DNA of 63,898 nucleotides, counting the filler, from Reclinomonas americana ATCC 50394 (Eukaryota), in assembly GCA_048213135.1 (NCBI GenBank). It is 5 parts of 3 records of this genome, joined end to end, with 100 filler letters (N's around TTAATTAATTAA, not from the genome) between each part and the next. Parts side by side here need not be neighbours in the genome. Positions count along the whole stretch, not along the records: positions 1 to 25,941 come from PS015357.1; 4 more parts are not named here. One strand, written 5' to 3'. The notes under the pieces are model-generated. The model was given only the letters and a program-made list of their open reading frames with translations. It made no database searches and was not told the DNA's origin. Shown here one piece after another: positions 1 to 8,977 of the stretch; the stretch's first letter is position 1; every line of letters begins with the position of its first letter. The position numbers were made by a program, and so were the translations under genes.

Positions 1-20
1 AGAAGCACGGCGTCGCGGCG

Positions 21-1076
21 GTGGAAGCCGTGCTCGACGCCGCCCATGCCCTGATGGACCAGGGCGTGTTCCGCTATCGCCGACCGCCCCGTCTCTCCTC
101 CGAGAAGCAGCGCGAAGGCCTGCGCGAGCGGCTGGAATATGAGGAGCGGACCTACAACGATCTCTGGCGCACGCTCCCGCGCCCGGCGGACGGCGCCAAG
201 GCGGCGGCGGAGAACGCGGACCTGATCGCCGAGCGCAAGAAGGCGCTCAACCTGCCCGAGGAGAACCTGCTCTATTTCCTGGAGAAGACCAGCCTGATCC
301 TCGAACCCTGGCAGCGCGAGATCCTCCGGATCGTCCGGGTCATCGCCCAGTATTTCTACCCGCAGCGGCAGACGCAGGTGATGAACGAGGGCTGCGCCAC
401 CTTCGTGCACTACACCGTGATGAACGCGCTGTTCGATCGCGGCCGGATCGGCGAAGGCGCCATGCTGGAAATCCTGCGCAACCATTCGAACGTCATCTTT
501 CAGCCCGGCTTCGACGATCCGCGCTTTTCCGGCATCAACCCCTATGCGCTCGGCCTCGACATGATGCAGGATATCCAGCGCATCGCGACCGAGCCGACGG
601 CGGAGGATCGCGACTGGTTTCCCGAGATCGCCGGCAGCGGCGACTGGCGCACGATCCTGCTCGACGCCTGGGCCAACCACCGCGACGAATCCTTCATCCG
701 GCAATATCTGAGCCCGGCGCTGATCCGGAAATGGCGGCTGTTCACGCTCTCCGACGCGGCGAACGAGTCGTTCTACGGCGTCGCCTCGATCCATAACGAG
801 CGCGGCTATCAGAAGATCCGGTCCGCGCTCGCCCAGAGATACGACATCGGGACCAACAACACCGACATCCAGGTCGTCGATGTCGACCTGCTCGGCCAGC
901 GGCATTTGCGCCTGCAGCACAAGGTCCGCGACGGTATCGTGCTGGACGGCGGCAGCTGCGATGCGACGTTGCGCCATGTCCAGCGGCTCTGGGGCTACGA
1001 GGTCAGCCTGCAGGGCATCGACGCGCAGACCGGCGCGACGGTCTATGAGCGCTCCAGCAGCCAGCTGACGCAATGA
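21..1076 (+). CDS. spoVR: SpoVR family protein (5'-truncated by window edge)
   Basis: Motifs ENLLYFLEK, AQYFYPQRQTQVMNEGCATF and NPYALG are typical of SpoVR/YcgB; the frame is open to the window start. Confidence 0.9.
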   Translation: MEAVLDAAHALMDQGVFRYRRPPRLSSEKQREGLRERLEYEERTYNDLWRTLPRPADGAKAAAENADLIAERKKALNLPEENLLYFLEKTSLILEPWQREILRIVRVIAQYFYPQRQTQVMNEGCATFVHYTVMNALFDRGRIGEGAMLEILRNHSNVIFQPGFDDPRFSGINPYALGLDMMQDIQRIATEPTAEDRDWFPEIAGSGDWRTILLDAWANHRDESFIRQYLSPALIRKWRLFTLSDAANESFYGVASIHNERGYQKIRSALAQRYDIGTNNTDIQVVDVDLLGQRHLRLQHKVRDGIVLDGGSCDATLRHVQRLWGYEVSLQGIDAQTGATVYERSSSQLTQ

Positions 1077-1168
1077 CCGGCAGCACGGGTCGCGTGGGCA
1101 ATGGGAGCGGGCTGGCGATACCGCCCGGACGGCAGGCGCCGCGATCGGCCGATCTTAAAAGGGGTGGT

Positions 1169-1243
1169 TGGAGCGGGCGATCGGGATCGAACCGACGACA
1201 TTCAGCTTGGGAAGCTGACGTTCTACCACTGAACTACGCCCGC
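1169..1243 (-). tRNA. tRNA-Gly (anticodon CCC)
   Basis: Reverse complement folds as a cloverleaf: GCGGGCG acceptor stem, AGTGGTA D-loop, TCAGC-TTCCCAA-GCTGA anticodon arm, GGTTCGATCC T-arm, encoded 3' CCA. Confidence 0.97.
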
Positions 1244-2228
1244 ATGCCTGTCCGTATAGCCGGGNNNNNNNNNNNNNNNNNNNNNNNNNNNNNNNNNNNN
1301 NNNNNNNNNNNNNNNNNNNNNNNNNNNNNNNNNNNNNNNNNNNNNNNNNNNNNNNNNNNNNNNNNNNNNNNNNNNNNNNNNNNNNNNNNNNNNNNNNNNN
1401 NNNNNNNNNNNNNNNNNNNNNNNNNNNNNNNNNNNNNNNNNNNNNNNNNNNNNNNNNNNNNNNNNNNNNNNNNNNNNNNNNNNNNNNNNNNNNNNNNNNN
1501 NNNNNNNNNNNNNNNNNNNNNNNNNNNNNNNNNNNNNNNNNNNNNNNNNNNNNNNNNNNNNNNNNNNNNNNNNNNNNNNNNNNNNNNNNNNNNNNNNNNN
1601 NNNNNNNNNNNNNNNNNNNNNNNNNNNNNNNNNNNNNNNNNNNNNNNNNNNNNNNNNNNNNNNNNNNNNNNNNNNNNNNNNNNNNNNNNNNNNNNNNNNN
1701 NNNNNNNNNNNNNNNNNNNNNNNNNNNNNNNNNNNNNNNNNNNNNNNNNNNNNNNNNNNNNNNNNNNNNNNNNNNNNNNNNNNNNNNNNNNNNNNNNNNN
1801 NNNNNNNNNNNNNNNNNNNNNNNNNNNNNNNNNNNNNNNNNNNNNNNNNNNNNNNNNNNNNNNNNNNNNNNNNNNNNNNNNNNNNNNNNNNNNNNNNNNN
1901 NNNNNNNNNNNNNNNNNNNNNNNNNNNNNNNNNNNNNNNNNNNNNNNNNNNNNNNNNNNNNNNNNNNNNNNNNNNNNNNNNNNNNNNNNNNNNNNNNNNN
2001 NNNNNNNNNNNNNNNNNNNNNNNNNNNNNNNNNNNNNNNNNNNNNNNNNNNNNNNNNNNNNNNNNNNNNNNNNNNNNNNNNNNNNNNNNNNNNNNNNNNN
2101 NNNNNNNNNNNNNNNNNNNNNNNNNNNNNNNNNNNNNNNNNNNNNNNNNNNNNNNNNNNNNNNNNNNNNNNNNNNNNNNNNNNNNNNNNNNNNNNNNNNN
2201 NNNNNNNNNNNGATTCCGGCCATAAATG

Positions 2229-2263
2229 AAAAAACCGCGCCGGGCCCCTGTCGCCCGACGCGG
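2229..2263 (-). terminator. Rho-independent terminator of the lipoprotein gene
   Basis: Minus strand CCGCGTCGGGC-GACAGGG-GCCCGGCGCGG hairpin followed by T6, about 20 bp after the stop codon. Confidence 0.75.
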
Positions 2264-2285
2264 CTTGGCTCAGACGCGAAGCGTC

Positions 2286-2582
2286 TTACCAGCAGCCGTA
2301 ATAGCCGCAGCCATAGTAGCCGTAGTGGCGGCGCGAGGAAGCGGCGATGACCGCGCCACCGACCGCACCGGCGACGACGCCAGCCGCGACCGCGTTGCTG
2401 GCCTGGGCGTTGGAGCGGCGGAAGCTCTGGAACACCTCGCTGCGGCAACGCTCGAAGGCGCGGGTGCCGGGGCGGTGACCGGCATCGAGGCAGACCTGAT
2501 CCGACTCGGCTGCCGACTGCTCGACGCTCTGGCAGCCGCCGAGGGCGGCGGCGAGAACGCCGGCGATGATGAGGGCGCGCAT
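2286..2582 (-). CDS. Small glycine-zipper-like lipoprotein
   Basis: MRALIIAGVLAAALGGC lipobox, AGVVAGAVGGAVIAA segment, Tyr/Gly/Cys-rich tail; ATG at 2582 with AAGGA upstream. Confidence 0.8.
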   Translation of the reverse strand: MRALIIAGVLAAALGGCQSVEQSAAESDQVCLDAGHRPGTRAFERCRSEVFQSFRRSNAQASNAVAAGVVAGAVGGAVIAASSRRHYGYYGCGYYGCW

Positions 2583-2828
2583 GAGAAATCCTTTCCCTGT
2601 AGACGTTTGGCCACGAAAGCCATGAAGCGGAAGGCGGTCGAAGCCTCCCGCCGGTGACACAAGCATGAACACGTCGCCGGCCAGCGGCCGGCAACGCCAT
2701 CGGCGCTTGCTGCCATCTGACACGGAATCGCCATTTTGTCGCCCCGTAGCTTGCCTTCCGGGCAAGCTTCCTGCGTGCGTTGCGGATTTGCAGCTAAGGA
2801 AAAGTTGAGCCGGCCGCCGATTCACCGC

Positions 2829-2996
2829 TCACGCCGGGCGGAAATGCTTGGAGAGCTTCAGCGCCCGGCCCTGGGAGTTCGAGGTGCCGATCGTGCCATA
2901 GAGCACGTCAGGCTCGGCCGCTATGCGCTCCAAGGCAAGGCGGCCGACCACCTGCCCATCCTCGAGCAGGAACGGCACTTCATGGCTCCTGACCTC
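2829..2996 (-). pseudogene. dcd: 3' relic of dCTP deaminase
   Basis: Manual translation EVRSHEVPFLLEDGQVVGRLALERIAAEPDVLYGTIGTSNSQGRALKLSKHFRPA* resembles the C-terminus of the alphaproteobacterial long dCTP deaminase; no 5' part is present. Confidence 0.7.
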
Positions 2997-3042
2997 GTCC
3001 GGGCAGTAGGGTCACGTGATCCGTGTGACGGAGCAGAGCCAT

Positions 3043-3047
3043 ACTCC
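3043..3047. repeat. 5-bp target-site duplication ACTCC (left copy)
   Basis: Immediately precedes TGT at 3048; identical to 61649-61653. Confidence 0.85.
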
Positions 3048-3182
3048 TGTAGCGTCTCAATAAAGTTGAATCCGGCCTAGCTCTAACTCGTTGATTTTCC
3101 TAAGAGCAGATTTCTGAAATTAAGAATCTAAATTCAGAAAAGTAGCCTTAAAAAACGCCATTCTCAAAAATCGCGAGTCTAG
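3048..3182 (+). repeat. Transposon left end with three spaced putative TnsB sites
   Basis: TCTCAATAAAGTTGAATCC (3055-3073), TCTGAAATTAAGAATCT (3113-3129), TCTCAAAAATCGCGAGTCTAG (3162-3182). Confidence 0.8.
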
Positions 3183-3379
3183 CGCGCTTCCAGATTACGA
3201 GTATCGCAGCGAAAGCAGCGGTGCAACATTTTGTTTACTATCTTGGAGCGGGCGGGTGAGCGGGCAATCTGGACCATGCGCCTTCTCCGCGTCCGCTATT
3301 CGGGGGATGCCACGTCGCTAACCAATGTTGTGCCGCGGATAGTGGGTGCGCAGGCGCCAGCTCCAGGCCGATTGCGCAT

Positions 3380-4747
3380 TCACTCCGTGGCTGGTCGCAA
3401 GTGCTGATCACGCAGGTGAACCGTGGTCTGATCGATGCTCGGATAGACAGTGGTCGCGTTGATGTTGATGGCATCCAACTGCGCCAGAATATGCTCCTTG
3501 TTACCCACGGTTACCCGCGAAACCTCGATCCCGTCGTTGCCCCACTCCGGCAACGTTGCCTCATGACCGAAGAGAAGGAACGCCCCCGATTGGGACTTGA
3601 TCCGGCTATTGGTCCTTTTTGCCTTGACACACACGACAGAGCCGAGATCGTCGGGCTTGATCCGACCTTCGAAATAGCTCTTTTCCGACTTGATATGGTG
3701 GAGCAGTTTACGAGCGACATCAGTCTCGTTGAACTGCACGGCATCCAGGCGAAGGTCGATCAGGCTCTTTTGGGAATGAGGCAGGTTCGAGAGGTTCGCT
3801 AGGCAGCTGACCGTATCGGAGTCGAAGTACTTCACCTTGTCGCGCGCAAGGCGAAAGACAATCACCTCCCCTTTCGTCTCCATGAGCTCCGGCTTGCAGT
3901 GACAGGCGAAGAACAAGGCGACGAGAGGATTGCCCGAGATATCGAGCAAGCGGGTGGGAAGGCCATAGTGCTGCATTCTCACCAAGCGATCGAAGCAGTA
4001 CTGGTCGCCTTGGAACTCGTCGTAGTGAGCGATCAGCACTTCCTTGCAGAGCCGGTCCTCGTCCGGCATGTATTTCCACGATCCGTTCGGCCACTTTCTG
4101 AGCAGCGACGGCGTTAGTTCGAACGTGCCATCCTCATGGCCGCGGTAAAAACTTTCCGCTGTCGGGTCCTTTTCGACGTCGAAGAGCACCTTGAGAAAGC
4201 TCTCGACGCTGTCGGCCTCGCCAATCTCATTCTTTCGGCGCTCGGGCGGCTCAGCCGCCACTCCGGCTCGTCCGTCGCCGTAGCGCGCCATGGCTTCCCG
4301 CCCACCGGCACTGAAGTCAGCAAGGTTCGTCAATACGTCCCGGTAATTGCCAGGCCGCACCGCCCAATGGGTTCGATAAAGCTGGAAGTTGACGATTCCG
4401 AACGCCTTGCGAGCCGCCTCGACGCTTGGAAACTGGACTTCGCCAAAATTGACTGCGGTGCTGAATTGCGCAGCGACCACCTTCTTGTCGGCGCGGATTT
4501 GCCGCAGGTGTCCGAACCGGACGAGCATCGTCGGCTGGTCAGGGCCGGTGTCGATCTCGCTGCAGAGAAAGGTCGGCAACTTTTCCAGGAAGGCCAACGC
4601 CGGCCCGTCCAAACCGACCAGTCGCTGTTCTGTGTCTGTCGGGGTATGCTCGAACATGCGGCCCCGGCCCATCTCGATCAACGTATCGTCCTCGGCAAGC
4701 CAGGAGCGGTTGCCAAACGAGATGTAGTTGAAGTTTTCGAGCATCAT
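3380..4747 (-). CDS. FRG domain-containing protein
   Basis: FYRGH...LTPSLLR and MQHYGLPTRLLDISGNPLVALFFAC, plus NSRIKSQSGAF; extra uncharacterised N-terminal domain. Confidence 0.9.
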   Translation of the reverse strand: MMLENFNYISFGNRSWLAEDDTLIEMGRGRMFEHTPTDTEQRLVGLDGPALAFLEKLPTFLCSEIDTGPDQPTMLVRFGHLRQIRADKKVVAAQFSTAVNFGEVQFPSVEAARKAFGIVNFQLYRTHWAVRPGNYRDVLTNLADFSAGGREAMARYGDGRAGVAAEPPERRKNEIGEADSVESFLKVLFDVEKDPTAESFYRGHEDGTFELTPSLLRKWPNGSWKYMPDEDRLCKEVLIAHYDEFQGDQYCFDRLVRMQHYGLPTRLLDISGNPLVALFFACHCKPELMETKGEVIVFRLARDKVKYFDSDTVSCLANLSNLPHSQKSLIDLRLDAVQFNETDVARKLLHHIKSEKSYFEGRIKPDDLGSVVCVKAKRTNSRIKSQSGAFLLFGHEATLPEWGNDGIEVSRVTVGNKEHILAQLDAININATTVYPSIDQTTVHLRDQHLRPATE

Positions 4748-4817
4748 TCCTCGAAGCGGCTAGTGACGTCTTTCGCAACACAATTTGGAAAGGTTGCAGC
4801 TCACGGCCCTCGTTCCC

Positions 4818-7256
4818 TCACGTCTCAATCGTCAGCGGCACTCGGGTCTTCAGGGTAGCAATCGACGCTTCGGTCTCAGTGGCGAGGTCGACGTCAATCC
4901 GCGCGGTCTCGATCGAGGCGATCAGGGAAAATCGTACGGTTTCCAACGGGTCTCCCGCGCCACTGTTGTTCCGCCACCATCCATATTGAGGATAAATGGC
5001 GATGGCGCCCATTTGGCTCAGATCGCTTGCGCGGCCTGTCCAAATGTCCTGCCGGATCGAGCCGTTGGAGCGCTTTTTGTCGCCTAGGAGCCAGGTTCCC
5101 ACCGGTTGCCTCGTCGGAAGCTTCTTGCCCGGCTCTCGGGCCAGCTTGTTGATCCTCGCAATTGCAAGCTCGTCGTGGTCGTCGGGATCTTTGATATCGA
5201 ATTTGAGGTGATGAGAATGATAGTTTTGAGCCCTTTGAGCGTTGAGTGCGAGAGGGGCAGGGTCGGTAAAATAAGAAAGTGTGATCCTTAAACTAACGTC
5301 CGCTGTCCCGAGTGCCTCAAGCGCATCGATTGGCCAAGGAAGGCGATAATATCGCATAAGGGCGTGCTGCCACTTTTTGTTTTTATTTTGCAAGAGCTGA
5401 AGCTCGTCCTGGATAATCATCGTGAGCGCATTGTTCGCACTCTCAAAGACGCGCTTTTCATTGGGCACGCCCCACCCGAAGCGGTGGAGCAAATTATCCA
5501 CGGTGGACCGACTCACGCGACCGGCGCGAGCTTCCATCGCCGGGGTCCAACGCGCGGCGTGGACGACAAGCCCGCGAACCGTCTCCGGCCAGAACTCGGG
5601 ATATGCGGCCATCACCCGCGTGCAGAGACCGGCGGCCGCTGCCGTCGCAATGCTCGTGTCCGTGCCGGCGGCAAAGGGCCGATTGGGCAGCTCGTGGTGC
5701 GTTGTGAGGACAGATAGCTTGTCTGCTTTTCCTAGGGTCAGCCCTTCGTCGTCAGCAAATAGATTTCCACCCTCCATCACAATATCAGGCTTGTGACCCA
5801 AGCGGTGTTCCCAGCTGATGCTCGTCCGGGCGGTCGGACATAAATCCCCCGCAGGCGCGTGACCCAGCGTTGGCTTCTGTCCGCTGATTGCCGTGTATGC
5901 TCCCACCGTCAGCGCATTGACCGACTGCCCGGGCGACTGGATCCCCGCTTCATCATTGGCTGTGGTGTATCCTGCTACCTCGGCGGGAAGAGTGTCGATA
6001 TTGCCGGCGGCGATGCAGAACAGTCTCTTCGGGTTGTCGCGGCCGAAGCTTAGCCTGTCGACCAAGGATGACAGAGCGCCGGGAGATCCGTTGCAGGGAT
6101 CTGCGGGAAGGCTGAATGAGAGCGAGTAGACGCGTTCCGAACGCTGCTTCTCGTTCAGCCTGAACGCAGCAATGAGTGCCTCTGCGGCGCTTTTGAAGGG
6201 AGCGCCGTGGCTGTTGAATATCGCCACAGACTCCAGGGCAGTCGTCAATTTTATCGGCCCGGTTGATCCGTTAATCCAGCGCGTAAGGTCGCCGAACAGG
6301 GCCGCGCCAGCCATTTGTGTGCCGTGACCATGTGCGTCTTCGGCTTGAAGTCCTGTGGCAATCGCGTGCGCGCGACTTTCTGGGAGGGAGCCCGCAAGCA
6401 ACGGATGATTGTGGCGGACGCCAGTGTCTATGACCGCTGTGCGAGGAGCATTTGACCCGGCAAGCTCCAGGCGCCCTTGCAGCGAACGCGTGAGGTCGAC
6501 CCGCTCGCGGGGTGTCAACGAGGTTGGCGGGATTCCGATTGTCGAAGCGGGCCGAATTTCGACGGCCGCGGCGGTCGCCTCGAGGAGTGCCTTGAGATTG
6601 TTGAATGTGCCGGTGAGGACAACCACTATTGCGTTGGGGAAGCTGATGGGCTCGCTATTTTGTTGCAACGAGAATTCACGAGCCAGTCTGCTGACGGTCT
6701 CGAAAGCCTCGGGCCTGAGCCAGATCTCCCAATCCTGCTGACCGGTCGCTTTGGCACGAAGACTCATCCCGGGAGGTCCGGCCCAGAGCGGCTCGATGCC
6801 TGTCGGAGCGACGGACCTTATCTGCTCAAAAAAGGAAAAATGCCTGGGGCGGTTCCCTTCCTCGTTCCAATCGCCATAACGCTCGACAGCCGTCGTAAGC
6901 TTCTTGAGAGAGCTTTCGGAGGCGTAGGCGTGAACCTTTTGATTCAGCCCCTTTCCGACCGATTTGAGCAGCGTTATCCCGTGCGTGGCTTGAAAGAATT
7001 GAAGATCAATGCCGACGTCTGTCCGGGCGTCGAACCGCATCAGCGCGCCACGCTCGTCTTTCCTCAACTCATTCCTGATTGCCGCACGTCGTTCTGCGTA
7101 TGCGGTGACGACGCCTGCAACGTTCTCGGTCAGCTTTGAAGCATGAGCGGGCCGATTGTGTACGGGCGGCGTCGGCACTGGTTCGAGCGGTGCAGTGACG
7201 GGGGAGAAAGCCCGATCTAGGCCAATCTTCTTGCGAACGATCAGGTGCTGCGCCAA
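4818..7256 (-). CDS. ietS: S8 subtilisin-like serine protease (IetS-like)
   Basis: Catalytic D (VIDTG), H (HGHGTQMAG), oxyanion N (AAGN), S (DTSIAT); HKPDIVMEGGN and WPETVRGLVVHAARW; no signal peptide; directly follows an AAA ATPase. Confidence 0.85.
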   Translation of the reverse strand: MAQHLIVRKKIGLDRAFSPVTAPLEPVPTPPVHNRPAHASKLTENVAGVVTAYAERRAAIRNELRKDERGALMRFDARTDVGIDLQFFQATHGITLLKSVGKGLNQKVHAYASESSLKKLTTAVERYGDWNEEGNRPRHFSFFEQIRSVAPTGIEPLWAGPPGMSLRAKATGQQDWEIWLRPEAFETVSRLAREFSLQQNSEPISFPNAIVVVLTGTFNNLKALLEATAAAVEIRPASTIGIPPTSLTPRERVDLTRSLQGRLELAGSNAPRTAVIDTGVRHNHPLLAGSLPESRAHAIATGLQAEDAHGHGTQMAGAALFGDLTRWINGSTGPIKLTTALESVAIFNSHGAPFKSAAEALIAAFRLNEKQRSERVYSLSFSLPADPCNGSPGALSSLVDRLSFGRDNPKRLFCIAAGNIDTLPAEVAGYTTANDEAGIQSPGQSVNALTVGAYTAISGQKPTLGHAPAGDLCPTARTSISWEHRLGHKPDIVMEGGNLFADDEGLTLGKADKLSVLTTHHELPNRPFAAGTDTSIATAAAAGLCTRVMAAYPEFWPETVRGLVVHAARWTPAMEARAGRVSRSTVDNLLHRFGWGVPNEKRVFESANNALTMIIQDELQLLQNKNKKWQHALMRYYRLPWPIDALEALGTADVSLRITLSYFTDPAPLALNAQRAQNYHSHHLKFDIKDPDDHDELAIARINKLAREPGKKLPTRQPVGTWLLGDKKRSNGSIRQDIWTGRASDLSQMGAIAIYPQYGWWRNNSGAGDPLETVRFSLIASIETARIDVDLATETEASIATLKTRVPLTIET

Positions 7257-7292
7257 GAATCACTCCCTCACCCAAGCGAAGAAGTGAACTTA

Positions 7293-8300
7293 TCAATGAT
7301 CGTGGCGTCGTTCCGCAATTGCCCCAAGGATTAATTCTGAGGACATTACACCGCCGTGCTCCAGAACGGCATCTCTGGCGGCATCTTGAGCGGCGGATGC
7401 AAGATCTGCCGGGCTCATTCCTTCTGCCGCCTGGAGGATCTCGGGCCAGTTGAGGCCATCCAGTTCAAAAGCCAGCAGGTGCATTTCGAACAGTGGCTGA
7501 ATCAGGTCTCGCTCGGGCAGTTCAAATTTGAGCTGCGTGTCAAATCGGCGGAAAACCGCCCGGTCCAGCAACTCGGGATGATTGGTTGCCGCGAGGATTA
7601 AGCTGGAGCTCTTATCCTCGTCGAGAAACTGAAGCAGGGAATTCAAAACACGACGAGCTTCGCCGACGTCATTCCCGACGACACGGGACGTCGCCAGGGC
7701 ATCGACCTCATCAAAGAAATACACGCCGCGCGTCGATGTCATGGCGTCGAAAACCAGGCGCAGTTTCGCGGCGGTTTCGCCCATGAACTTCGTGATCAGT
7801 CCGTCCAACTGGATCGTGAACAACGGATAGTTCAACTCGCCCGCGATGGCCGCCGCCGTCATCGTCTTCCCGGTACCCGGCGGCCCGGAGAGGAGGATCT
7901 TTCGGCGCGGAGACAATCCAAAATCTCCGAGGCGCGCTCTTTCGAGCTGCTCCCTAACGAGCTTGGCGAGGCGGGCAGCCAGCCGCGGCGGCAGCACCAG
8001 GTCGTTGAGTTTTAGACGCGGGAAAGACGCTGACAATATGCCGGCCAGCTCACCCCTCGGCTTCGCCAGCGGAATTGGGTCGCGCGAAAGCTCCAATGCA
8101 CCAATCTGCGAACGGGCCTCGGCTATAAGATCGCGCATTTCCTGGGCGACGCGTATGTGGCCCTTTTTTACAGCCTCCTCAGCCAGCTGCGTGGCCACTG
8201 ACAGAAATCGCCGGTCGTCGCGCGCATTATGGCTCCGCAGCAGAGACAAAATCTGCTGCGCATTGCCTACCGGCCCATTTTTTCCTGCCGACCCGGTCAT
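7293..8300 (-). CDS. ietA: AAA+ ATPase (IetA-like)
   Basis: Walker A GPPGTGKT, Walker B FFDEVD, AATNHPELLDRAVFRRFD; paired with the S8 protease. Confidence 0.85.
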   Translation of the reverse strand: MTGSAGKNGPVGNAQQILSLLRSHNARDDRRFLSVATQLAEEAVKKGHIRVAQEMRDLIAEARSQIGALELSRDPIPLAKPRGELAGILSASFPRLKLNDLVLPPRLAARLAKLVREQLERARLGDFGLSPRRKILLSGPPGTGKTMTAAAIAGELNYPLFTIQLDGLITKFMGETAAKLRLVFDAMTSTRGVYFFDEVDALATSRVVGNDVGEARRVLNSLLQFLDEDKSSSLILAATNHPELLDRAVFRRFDTQLKFELPERDLIQPLFEMHLLAFELDGLNWPEILQAAEGMSPADLASAAQDAARDAVLEHGGVMSSELILGAIAERRHDH

Positions 8301-8632
8301 TTGCTGCGCCCGATATCCTCATCGAGCTTATTGCAGAGAAGTTCAATATTCGTCAACCATTTTTGCATATTTTCCATAATAATCTTGCCTTGCCGCAGCA
8401 GTTCGGCCGCGGGCTCGATTGCGCCCAACTTGCCGGCGAGGGCTGGGTTGGCTTGAACCATGTAATCATGGATTTTTTGGCGACTTTTGGCCGCAAGATG
8501 CACTTCACTGTTCAGGATCTTGCTTAAGTGGCCCTGGTCCATTTTCAGCTCGCGCGCGAGCCGAGACTGCGTCAGGTGCGCCTGAGACATGTGTTCCTTC
8601 AAGGCCACAATCAAGAAATCGTCATCGAGCAT
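8297..8632 (-). CDS. XRE-family HTH protein
   Basis: LTQSRLARELKMDQGHLSKILNSE HTH; stop codon overlaps the ATPase start (ATGA). Confidence 0.8.
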   Translation of the reverse strand: MLDDDFLIVALKEHMSQAHLTQSRLARELKMDQGHLSKILNSEVHLAAKSRQKIHDYMVQANPALAGKLGAIEPAAELLRQGKIIMENMQKWLTNIELLCNKLDEDIGRSK

Positions 8633-8665
8633 GACGATGGGTTTATGGATTTTATGGATTTATGT

Positions 8666-8977
8666 CTAGGGTTGAATGGAAACCAAGAAGGAAATGCGGG
8701 AGGCGGCGTCGTTCTCCCAGGGCGCACGCAATTCGAACGTGAGCTCGCCAGTTCCAACTCTCTCTGCCTTGAGCCGAAAGAGGACAGTGCCGTCGGCACC
8801 TGGTGTTACAGATGCCTGCCGGGTGACCGATACCAGAGAAACAAGATCTGCCGGGAGCACCGGATCAAACAGGTATCCGGAAGCGCCCGGCTCATGGAGA
8901 GAAATCAGGAATTCCTCCCCGATGGAGACGCTGATGCTATCCCCAGCTTGGAACGCAGGGCGTGCAGTTTCACCCAT
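8666..8977 (-). CDS. Chagasin-family (I42) cysteine peptidase inhibitor
   Basis: Loop motifs EPGASGY (NPTTGY-like), PGADG (GxGG-like) and RAPWE (RPW-like) in a 103-aa beta-rich protein; start overlaps the protease stop. Confidence 0.8.
   Translation of the reverse strand: MGETARPAFQAGDSISVSIGEEFLISLHEPGASGYLFDPVLPADLVSLVSVTRQASVTPGADGTVLFRLKAERVGTGELTFELRAPWENDAASRISFLVSIQP

Noticed and set aside
3243..3254. TTGGAGCGGGCG matches the 3' end of tRNA-Gly (1168-1179), like an att duplication
   Set aside because: Only 12 bp and GC-rich. It lies upstream of the tRNA, the wrong side for a 3'-end integration, and no integrase is present. The TSD-defined boundary explains the island better.
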